This document shows, one piece after another, positions 8,994 through 16,788 of a stretch of DNA of 64,000 nucleotides. Every line of letters begins with the position of its first letter. Positions within the stretch are counted from its first letter, which is position 1. The notes below the pieces were generated by a model. The model saw nothing but the letters and a program-made list of their open reading frames with translations. It made no database searches and was not told the origin of the DNA. This stretch comes from Sphingomonadales bacterium (GTDB taxonomy: Bacteria > Pseudomonadota > Alphaproteobacteria > Sphingomonadales > Sphingomonadaceae): the NCBI GenBank assembly GCA_038204585.1, contig JBBRCT010000007.1, positions 29,592 through 93,591 of the forward strand. The letters run 5' to 3'. The position numbers and the translations under genes are program-made.

Positions 8994-10117
8994 GCGATGC
9001 GGAGAAGACGCAGCCCGCAACGCCGAAGCGGCGGGCCGATGCGCTTAAGGAAGGCAATGTTTGGGCGCCGCGCGAGATTGGCCCGGCAGCGGCGGTTTTG
9101 GTGGCGGCAGCACTTCTGACCGCGGCGGGCGAGCGGCTTTGGTTTGGCTTGGCGGCGTTTTTGCGGTTGGCGCTTTCGGCGGCCGGGGAGGCGGCGCTGG
9201 CGGGGCCGGAGATGATGTTGGGCGCGGTGGTGGCGCTGATCCCGTGGCAGGGCGTTGTAGTGCTGGCGGTGGCGGTGATGCTGGTGACGGGCGGGCTGGT
9301 GCAGGGTGCTGCGCGCCATGTCTCTTTAGGGATGGCGGCGCCGAAGCTCTCAAGGCTTAGCCCGATGAAGGGCTTGCAGAAAATCTTTTCCATGCAGGGT
9401 CTGGCGGGGGCTGGGACGAGCCTGCTGAAGCTGGTGGTCATCGGGGGGGCTGGTGCTGCGGTGCTTTTGCCGCTGATCAGTGGTCTGGCCGAGGCGGGTG
9501 AGGGAGCGGGTGGACTGTCAGTTGTGGGGCAGGCTGTCTTGCGGCTGCTGGTCGCGGCGGCGCTGGCGATGATTGTTGTGGCTGGGGCCGATGCCGGGCT
9601 GACCTGGATACTGCGCGAGAACAAGTTGAAGATGAGCCTTGATGAGGTGAAGCGTGAGAACAGGCAGGACAATGGGGCGCCGGAGCTGAAGGCGGCGATC
9701 CGCCGGGCACAATTTGCGGCGTCCAAAAAGCGGCTGACAACGGTGCTGGCCGATGCGTCTGTGGTGGTGGTGAACCCGGTGCATTTTGCGGTGGCGCTGC
9801 GGTATCGGCCTGGTGAGGATGCCGAGCCGGTGATGCTGGAGAAGGGCCGCGAGGATTCAGCGCTGGCGATCATTGCGGTGGCACAGGCGCTGGGCAAGCC
9901 GGTGGTTCGCTCGCCCCGGCTGGCGCGGGCCTTGTTCTTTACAGGCCGCGCCGGGCAGGGCGTGCGCGAGGAGCTTTATCTGGCGGTGGCGACGGTGCTG
10001 GCGTTTGTGATGCGCTTTGAGGACATGCGCGATGTGCCTGCGGTTGAGGTGCCGCCGGCGTTTGACTTTGATGAGACGGGCGGGCGGCGCAAGCCGGGGG
10101 CGCCGCTGCCGTTATGA
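8990..10117 (+). CDS. flhB: Flagellar export switch protein FlhB
   Basis: EKTQPATPKR, LKMS..EVKRE, NPVH cleavage site, LARALF. Confidence 0.94.
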   Translation: MSDAEKTQPATPKRRADALKEGNVWAPREIGPAAAVLVAAALLTAAGERLWFGLAAFLRLALSAAGEAALAGPEMMLGAVVALIPWQGVVVLAVAVMLVTGGLVQGAARHVSLGMAAPKLSRLSPMKGLQKIFSMQGLAGAGTSLLKLVVIGGAGAAVLLPLISGLAEAGEGAGGLSVVGQAVLRLLVAAALAMIVVAGADAGLTWILRENKLKMSLDEVKRENRQDNGAPELKAAIRRAQFAASKKRLTTVLADASVVVVNPVHFAVALRYRPGEDAEPVMLEKGREDSALAIIAVAQALGKPVVRSPRLARALFFTGRAGQGVREELYLAVATVLAFVMRFEDMRDVPAVEVPPAFDFDETGGRRKPGAPLPL

Positions 10118-10124
10118 GGACATT

Positions 10125-11573
10125 ATGACGACTGATATTGTTTCACAGCTGGGGGCGGGCGCCGGGATCAACAGCCGGCAGGTGATCGATGAGCTGGTGT
10201 CGGCACAGCGGACGGCACAGACGACGCCGCTGAATGACCGGCTGGCGGTGCTGACGAGCCGTGGTGAGGCGCTGGGGCAGCTGAGATCAGCGCTTTCAGC
10301 GATTGCAGCATCATTGCAGGACCGGGTGCGCTCGGGTGCTTTTGGATTGCAGGCGCTTAGCAGTGATGCGGCTATTGTGGCTGTAGAGCGGCGCGGGACG
10401 GGTCCTGCGGCGTCGTTTCGATCGAGCCTGGTCGTCGAGCAGCTGGCCGCGGGCCAGCGGCTGGTGGCGGCGGCGCAGCCGGGGCTCGATGCGCCGGTTG
10501 GGCAGGGATCGCTGAACTTTGTGTTCGGCACGCGCACGGCGACGGTTGATGGCGGCTTTGAGTTTTCGGCAGGGGGCGCGGAGGCGGATTTTTCAGTGGT
10601 CATCGGGCCGGAGAATGCCACGCTGGCGGGGATGCGCGATGCCATTAATGCCGCGGCCAATGGCTCTGTGACGGCCTCGATTGTGTCGGGGAGCAATGGT
10701 TCAAGCCTTGTTTTGCGGGGCAAGGAGGGGGCAGCGCGGGCGTTTGTGGTGAGTGCGGCGGAGGATGCGGCGGCGGGCGGTGGCGGGCCAAGCCTGGCGA
10801 CTTTTGCTTATACGGCCGGTAATCCGGCGCTGGGCTTTTCGGCGGCGGCGGCGGATGCTGTGATGGTTTTTGACGGGGTTACGGTGACCCGCGACACCAA
10901 TGTTGTGGATGGGCTGGCGGACGGCATGCGGCTGCGGCTGAACCGAGTGAGCGATCCGCAGGGGGTGATTTTGGGGGCCGAGCGGGATGTGGCGTCACTA
11001 TCGGTGACATTGGCGGACTTTGCCGACACGTTGGGGGCAATGCGGCAGCTGGTGGGCGACTTCCGGCGCGGCGGCAGCGACGGGCAGGCAGCGGGGCCGC
11101 TGGCGGGTGATTCAACGGCGCGGAGCATGGATCAGGCGCTGGTGGCGATGCTGAATGCGCCTGTGGCGGCGGCGGGTGGGCTGCGGCTGCGGGATCTGGG
11201 TGTTGAGGTGACGCGCGAGGGATCGATACGTTTTGATGCGACGCGGTTTGCACAGGCGACGCCGGCGCAGCTGGGGCAGGCGGAGGCGTTGCTGAGTGCG
11301 CTATCGGGCAGTGGTTTTGGGCCTGATGGTCAAAGGCTGGGGCTGGCGGCATTGCAGACGATTGCGGGGCTGGCGACCCCTGCGACCGATGGGCTGGCGC
11401 GGCAGCGACGCGCTGTTTCACAAGCGCTGGAGCGGGCGGAGGCGCGGCTGACGACTTATCGCGAGCAGCTTGTGCGGCAATTTTCAGCGATGGATGTGCT
11501 GGTGGCATCGTCAAAAGCGTTGCAGACGCAGCTCGATCAGCTGGTGGACAGTTGGTATTCGCAGCGCAATTAG
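10125..11573 (+). CDS. fliD: Flagellar filament cap protein FliD
   Basis: LGAGAGIN N-terminus, VEQLA, C-terminal YREQLVRQFSAMD; GAGGA RBS before ATG 10125. Confidence 0.9.
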   Translation: MTTDIVSQLGAGAGINSRQVIDELVSAQRTAQTTPLNDRLAVLTSRGEALGQLRSALSAIAASLQDRVRSGAFGLQALSSDAAIVAVERRGTGPAASFRSSLVVEQLAAGQRLVAAAQPGLDAPVGQGSLNFVFGTRTATVDGGFEFSAGGAEADFSVVIGPENATLAGMRDAINAAANGSVTASIVSGSNGSSLVLRGKEGAARAFVVSAAEDAAAGGGGPSLATFAYTAGNPALGFSAAAADAVMVFDGVTVTRDTNVVDGLADGMRLRLNRVSDPQGVILGAERDVASLSVTLADFADTLGAMRQLVGDFRRGGSDGQAAGPLAGDSTARSMDQALVAMLNAPVAAAGGLRLRDLGVEVTREGSIRFDATRFAQATPAQLGQAEALLSALSGSGFGPDGQRLGLAALQTIAGLATPATDGLARQRRAVSQALERAEARLTTYREQLVRQFSAMDVLVASSKALQTQLDQLVDSWYSQRN

Positions 11574-11590
11574 CGGGTTTTAGATGGGTT

Positions 11591-12604
11591 TCAGGCAGTG
11601 ATTTGAAGGCGGCGCATCTTTTCGATGAGGGTTGTGCGTTGCAGGCCGAGCAAGCGGGCGCTGCCGGATATGGTGCCGCCGCAGGCTGCCAGGGCGGCGC
11701 GGATATAAGCTTGTTCGAGATCGGCGAGGAGCTGCCGGAGATCCACGCTCTGACCTGATTCGAGAGCGGGCGTGGATGCTGAGGCGGGCGCTGGCGCTGC
11801 GGCGCGGGGCGCGGGGCGAGTGGATGTGCGGGGGCGGAGCAGGCAGGCGACGATTTCCGGTCCGATCAACGCGCAGCCATGCTGAGCCTTGGCGCGCTCG
11901 ATGACGTTGCGGAGCTCGCGGACGTTACCGGGCCAGGGATGATCGGCAAGGGCGGACAGGGCGGCGGGGCTGAAACGCACCGGCGGGCCGGGAAGCAGGC
12001 GGCAGAAATGCTCGATCAACGGCGAAAGGTCTTCGGGACGGTCAGCCAGCGGGGGCATTTCGAGGCGGATGACATCGAGGCGATATAGCAGATCGGCGCG
12101 GAACAGGCCGCGCTCGATGGCGGTGTGGAGATCGACGCTGGTTGCGGCGATGAGACGGACATTGACGCCTATCGGGATCATGCCGCCGACTCGCTCGACG
12201 ACCCGGGTTTCCAGGGCGCGCAGCAGCTTTGCCTGCATGGCCGTGGGCATGTCCCCGACTTCATCGAGAAACAGCGTGCCGCCATGGGCAGCTTCGAACC
12301 GGCCGACGCGGGCGCGGGTGGCACCGGTGAAGGCACCGGCTTCATGGCCGAACATCTCGGATTCGAGGAGATCGGCGGCGACGGCGGCGCAATTGAGGGC
12401 CACATAGGGCGCTGTGGCGCGGCGGCTGCGCTGGTGGAGCAATTGGGCTGCGACATCTTTACCGGAGCCGGAGGGTCCGGTGATCAGCACCGATGTGGTG
12501 TTGTCAGCGATTTGCTCGATCTCGCGGCGCAGGGAAACCATTGCCGGGCTAACGCCGATGAGGCTGGCGAGTTGAAGGTGGGCCGGGACCGTGCGGGTGC
12601 GCAT
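11591..12604 (-). CDS. Sigma54-dependent activator (FleQ/FlrA-like), AAA+ plus Fis HTH, no N-terminal sensor domain
   Basis: GPSGSGKD Walker A, ESEMFGHEAGAFTGA, LFLDE, FRADLLYRL, WPGNVREL, C-terminal LGLQRTTLIEKM. Confidence 0.9.
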   Translation of the reverse strand: MRTRTVPAHLQLASLIGVSPAMVSLRREIEQIADNTTSVLITGPSGSGKDVAAQLLHQRSRRATAPYVALNCAAVAADLLESEMFGHEAGAFTGATRARVGRFEAAHGGTLFLDEVGDMPTAMQAKLLRALETRVVERVGGMIPIGVNVRLIAATSVDLHTAIERGLFRADLLYRLDVIRLEMPPLADRPEDLSPLIEHFCRLLPGPPVRFSPAALSALADHPWPGNVRELRNVIERAKAQHGCALIGPEIVACLLRPRTSTRPAPRAAAPAPASASTPALESGQSVDLRQLLADLEQAYIRAALAACGGTISGSARLLGLQRTTLIEKMRRLQITA

Positions 12605-12610
12605 GGGCAA

Positions 12611-12750
12611 TCCAATTGTTAGGTTAAAAAATAGAAAACAAAGTATTAATACTTATTTTTTGCCGGATTACTTGCATTGGTTTAAAAACTATCGTGAATA
12701 GTTATTAGGCAATTTTTCGCCGTTTTGGACTGGGAATTGGCGGAACTGGT
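12611..12750. promoter_or_regulatory. AT-rich divergent promoter region with two palindromes
   Basis: Markedly AT-rich. Perfect palindrome AAGTATTAATACTT (12641-12654) and AACTAT-N5-ATAGTT (12687-12703). Confidence 0.6.
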
Positions 12751-13510
12751 ATGAATTACGACCGGATTGGATTGCAGCCGTTGTTGAGAGTGGTTTCTGA
12801 CCGCCTCGACTGGCCGGAAAGTGGTTTGGGGTGGGCGATGGTGCCGTTCTCCGGCGATCCGCTGGCGGTGGACTGTGTGATTGTCAGCCGCGAGGGGCCA
12901 GTGGCTGAGCTTGGGGCGCTTGGGGTGCCGATGCTGGTAGCACCCATGGCCGAGACGCCGATGGCGCTGATCGATATGGGGCGGGGCATGGTGTTTCTGG
13001 ATGATGCGCCCGAGGCTGTTGCGAGGCTGATGCAGCGGGCGTGTCTGGCGGAGACGCCGGGGTTTCGCGAGCGGGGCCGGGCGGGAGCTGATCTCGGCCT
13101 TGTCGCTGGAGGCGGCGCGGATTGCTGATGCGCTGGCGCGGCTTGCGACGGACGACGGCGATGTTGCGCCGACGACGATTGTGGATACGCAGATGGTGCG
13201 GCGGATCATCAGGCTGCGACGCGACCGCGAGCGCTATTTTCCGGCCGAAATCTTTGCCGACCCCGCCTGGGACATGCTGCTCGATCTGACGGCGGCGAGG
13301 CTGGAGGGGCAGCGGGTAAGTGTTTCGAGCCTGTGCATTGCGGCGGCGGTGCCGACAACGACGGCGCTGCGCTGGGTGCGGAGCTTGTCAGAGGCTGGAC
13401 TCTTCCAGCGCTCGACCGACCCGATGGATGCGCGGCGGACGTGGATCAGGCTGTCCGACCGGGCGCATGATGCGATGATGGGATGGCTGGGGCGGTATGC
13501 TGGGGGGTGA
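12751..13510 (+). pseudogene. Winged-helix (MarR-like) DNA-binding protein split into 12751-13128 and 13100-13510 by an apparent +1 frameshift
   Basis: 3' part carries RRDRERYF...FADPAWDMLLDL...VSSLCIAAAVPTTTALRW...DPMDARR. Total span is 760 nt (253 codons plus 1). The second frame reads RELISALSLEAARIA upstream of its TTG. Confidence 0.6.
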
Positions 13511-13590
13511 CGGGGTTGGATGCGGTGGGGAGATCGGTAGCGTGTCTCCGATAATGCGGTGCTGGCGTAGGCCTGTGCTGCTGACCCTAT

Positions 13591-13611
13591 GCCCCGGGAC
13601 TGGCCCGGGGC
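13591..13611. repeat. GC-rich hairpin (REP-like element or terminator between convergent genes)
   Basis: GCCCCGGG-ACTGG-CCCGGGGC. Confidence 0.55.
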
Positions 13612-13674
13612 GACGAGGGCGATTTGGGACGGTTGTTGAGAGTGGGGTCTGAGGCTGAGGCTGCCGGCGGCGCG

Positions 13675-13738
13675 CCCCTTACCCTCCCACGTGCGGAAGG
13701 GCGCGTGGGCGCCTCCCTCTTTCGCGAGGGAAGTGGGG
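13675..13738. repeat. Degenerate REP-like palindromic intergenic repeat
   Basis: CCCACG..CGTGGG and CCCTC..GAGGG stems. Resembles a ccctcaccc...ccctctccc..gggagaggg repeat common in alphaproteobacteria (recalled, not searched). Confidence 0.5.
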
Positions 13739-13739
13739 T

Positions 13740-14669
13740 TTAAGTGGGCATTGTCCATAATTCGCTGCGGTCGTGGGGGTGGGACCAGCGGGATTTTCTG
13801 GTGAGAGTTTGGGTGGCGGCGCGGGTGATAGCCGACAGTTTTTCGGGGGTGGTGGTGCGCATGCGGGTTTCCAGGGCTTCTTCGCCGGCTTTGGCGAGTT
13901 TTCGGCCGATGTTGCCGTAGATGCTGGCGGCGGCGAGGACGGCCCAGGCGGCGCGGTTTCGCAATTGGGGGGTACCGTGGCGGGCGGATTCTTCGTAGAG
14001 CTCGGCTTGATCGACGAGGCGGATGAGCAGCCGGTAAAGCTGGCGGCGCTGATTGGGGAAGGCGAAATTGGCCGGGGTGAGGCCGACGCTGGCGAGCCAA
14101 TCATCGGGTATGTAGCGGCGGCGGTTCATCGCGTCTTCGATGATGTCCCGCGCGATATTGTTGAGCTGGAAGGCGATGCCGAGATCGGATGCGCGGTCGA
14201 GGGTGGCGCGATCCTTGGAGTCGACTCCCATGACGATGGCCATCATCGCACCGACGCAGCCGGCGACATGGTAACAATAGGTCAGGGTGTCGGCGAAGGT
14301 GTGGAAGGGGCGCTCTTCCATGTCGATACGGAACCCGTGGACGAGATCGAGCGGATAACGGTGGGGCATGTCGGTCTCTTGGACGACCTGGGCGAGGGCG
14401 TGATAGGCGGGGTCTCCCTCTGGTGTGCCGGCGAGCGCAAGGGCTGTGAGGCGTTCGACTTCGGCGAGGCGCTCGGACGGCGGACGGGTGTCGTTATTGC
14501 GGCCTTCTCCGAGGATCTGGCCGTCGATGACATCATCGGTGTGTCGGCACCAGCTGTAGAGCAGCATGGCGCGGTCTCGCGTTGGGGCATCGAACAGCTT
14601 GGAAGCGAGGGCGAAGCTTTTGGAGCCGCGCTCGATGGCGGCTTTGGCGTGGGAGAGGACGTCAGTCAT
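13740..14669 (-). CDS. crtB: Phytoene synthase
   Basis: GSKSFALAS, WCRHTDDVIDG, YCYHVAG, AFQLNNIARD. Confidence 0.95.
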   Translation of the reverse strand: MTDVLSHAKAAIERGSKSFALASKLFDAPTRDRAMLLYSWCRHTDDVIDGQILGEGRNNDTRPPSERLAEVERLTALALAGTPEGDPAYHALAQVVQETDMPHRYPLDLVHGFRIDMEERPFHTFADTLTYCYHVAGCVGAMMAIVMGVDSKDRATLDRASDLGIAFQLNNIARDIIEDAMNRRRYIPDDWLASVGLTPANFAFPNQRRQLYRLLIRLVDQAELYEESARHGTPQLRNRAAWAVLAAASIYGNIGRKLAKAGEEALETRMRTTTPEKLSAITRAATQTLTRKSRWSHPHDRSELWTMPT

Positions 14670-15820
14670 GGGCGTTTGAGTTCGTAATTAAGGAGGGTTT
14701 TGAGGGCGCGCATTGGTGGGATGGGGGGCTTCCCGGAGAGGATCTGAAGCCAATCCGCCAATTCGGGTTTGGCGGCGTAGAAACGGCCGACGAGCGCATC
14801 GGGATGCCGGTAGAAGCGCTGGAGGATGGTGCGACGCTCTTCATTTTCGGCCGCCAGAAAGAGCATGCGATTGAGGATGCGGTACATGCCGCGGGCGCGC
14901 CACGCCCTGATGCTATGGGCGCGGATGGCGCGGAAGACGCGGGGGGCGGAGAGATCGGGGAGGCTGGCGACGAGATCGGCGACCTGCACGGCATCGGGGA
15001 AGCTATAGCCTGTGACAGGGTGGAAGAGGCCGGCGCGAAGGCCGGCGCGGGGGATGCTGTCTTCATTCCAGAAGGCCTTGATGTCACCGCCGATGCCGAG
15101 CGGCAGAATGCCGACCTCCTCGCGGATGATGCGGGTGATTTTCCAGCCCTGGGCCTCGGCGTATTCGGCGAGATGATCACGTAGCGTCTGGGGGGCGAGA
15201 TCCTTGCCGTCGGAGAAATACGTGTCTTCGATAAGGACATGTCTGGGGCCGTAGGGCAGGGTGTAAACGAAGCGATAACCATCATATTGGGGGACGGTGG
15301 CGTCCATGATGATCGGGCCGGTGAGGTTGTGGGGCTCGGCGAGTTCGACTTCGAGCCCGAGGAACTTTTGCCAGCGTAGATCGAGCGCTTTTGCGGGGCG
15401 CTGGCCGCGGGCATCGATGACGCAGCCGGCCTGAAGCACCGACTGATCGGCGAGGGTGACGCTGGTGCTGCTGAGATCGACGACGGGCATGTTGGTGATG
15501 ATGCGATTTGGCGGCAGGACTTTGTGAAGCTCTTCGGCGAAGGCTTCCGACGGAATGCTGCCATAGCCGGCTTCGATGGTGCGGCCGTGCTCGGGGAAGC
15601 GGATGCTGTACCGGTCCCAATGGTGGCGGAAAAAGGGACGGGTCCAGGCTTGCTGGTCGGGCGTGAGATCATGGGCGAAGCTGGACCATGTGTGATTGCC
15701 GCCGAGCGTGGGGCCGGCTTCGATGATGGTGACCTTTACGTCGGGGCGCAGCGTGGCGAGCCGGTAAGCGATGAGGCCGTTGGCGAGGCCTCCGCCGGCA
15801 AGGATCAGGTCGTGGTGCAT
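14666..15820 (-). CDS. crtY: Lycopene beta-cyclase
   Basis: GGGLANG FAD motif, GNHTWS, QKFLG, MDATV, LIEDT, FHPVTGYS. Confidence 0.95.
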   Translation of the reverse strand: MHHDLILAGGGLANGLIAYRLATLRPDVKVTIIEAGPTLGGNHTWSSFAHDLTPDQQAWTRPFFRHHWDRYSIRFPEHGRTIEAGYGSIPSEAFAEELHKVLPPNRIITNMPVVDLSSTSVTLADQSVLQAGCVIDARGQRPAKALDLRWQKFLGLEVELAEPHNLTGPIIMDATVPQYDGYRFVYTLPYGPRHVLIEDTYFSDGKDLAPQTLRDHLAEYAEAQGWKITRIIREEVGILPLGIGGDIKAFWNEDSIPRAGLRAGLFHPVTGYSFPDAVQVADLVASLPDLSAPRVFRAIRAHSIRAWRARGMYRILNRMLFLAAENEERRTILQRFYRHPDALVGRFYAAKPELADWLQILSGKPPIPPMRALKTLLNYELKRP

Positions 15821-15835
15821 GCTGGATTCTGGTTA

Positions 15836-15877
15836 GGGGATGGCGGTGGGGATGGCTAGGGGTGGGGATAGGGTGGG
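15836..15877 (+). promoter_or_regulatory. Putative G-quadruplex-forming sequence (six G tracts) in the divergent intergenic region upstream of crtY
   Basis: GGGG atggcggt GGGG atggcta GGGG t GGGG ata GGG t GGG. Confidence 0.55.
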
Positions 15878-15904
15878 ACGGATCTATGTGGTATTTTACA
15901 GGCC

Positions 15905-16702
15905 ATGGAAGAGATATTCGACATCGAGGGGATGGAGAGGGCGACGCGGCAGGTTGACGCGCTTGATGACGGGCGACTTCAGGGGCTGGTGCTGTCCCTG
16001 TTGGTGGCGGAAAGCAAAGAGACGCAGGGAGCAGCTTCCGTGGCAGCGTTTTTGCAGGGCCATATCTTATATTTGCCGGGTATGTTTCAATTGATGGACG
16101 GCCGGGCGGATGTGGCGACGTTATTGGCTGATGTGGAGCGCGAAATTCTGGCAGCAGACACAGGGGACGGGCTTTATGGCCTGTTGGATGCATTGTGGTT
16201 GATGGGGAAGGCGCTGGCGTGGTGCCGAGATAAGGGGCTGGCGCTGCCCGAGGGCTTGAACATCGATCAGGTTAACACGATTGCCGGGTGGCTGATTGGA
16301 AAGACGGGCGTATTTCTGTTGCAAAAGCGCCTGAATGCCGCCGGGATCGGTGTGCAATATGATGAGCGTCTGATCGGGACATGGCATCATAGCGTGATAT
16401 ATTCGTCGGATGATTTCAGCCATGTGAGCGTGGTGTCGCGGATATATGGGCGCGATGGCCGCTATGTCGATGGGTCGCAGTCGTTTGTGGATATGGTGCA
16501 CCGAAATAGTCGCGGGGAGATGATCGGGCAGGACCTTGGGCAGGAGGCGCCGGCCGAGGCACGGGGGCTGTGGCGGGTGACGGACGGGGTGCTGGTTCTA
16601 AAAGCGGACAACGGGTCTAGCCGGCAGTTTACGCTCGAGGCCTATGCAAATTCGCATCTGCTGACGGCGCCGCGGATTGAGCCGCAGCTTTGGAAGCGGT
16701 GA
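15905..16702 (+). CDS. Hypothetical two-domain protein (helical N-terminus; beta-rich, lipocalin-like C-terminus)
   Basis: 265-aa ORF with ATG start; LIGTW and RGLWRVTDGVLVL strands in the C-terminal half. Confidence 0.7.
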   Translation: MEEIFDIEGMERATRQVDALDDGRLQGLVLSLLVAESKETQGAASVAAFLQGHILYLPGMFQLMDGRADVATLLADVEREILAADTGDGLYGLLDALWLMGKALAWCRDKGLALPEGLNIDQVNTIAGWLIGKTGVFLLQKRLNAAGIGVQYDERLIGTWHHSVIYSSDDFSHVSVVSRIYGRDGRYVDGSQSFVDMVHRNSRGEMIGQDLGQEAPAEARGLWRVTDGVLVLKADNGSSRQFTLEAYANSHLLTAPRIEPQLWKR

Positions 16703-16788
16703 GCCGTTGTTGCATTGCAGTTGCCGGTCAGTTTGCGTATTCAGTGTCCCTAATTTGAGTGCCGCTTGACTGATTTAGGGAATATGGA

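Noticed and set aside
12660-12677. Possible sigma54 -24/-12 promoter TTGCCGGATTACTTGCA
   Set aside because: It has GC-N10-GC rather than the required GG-N10-GC.
12620-12700. Possible CtrA boxes
   Set aside because: TTAA half-sites are present but none form TTAA-N7-TTAA.
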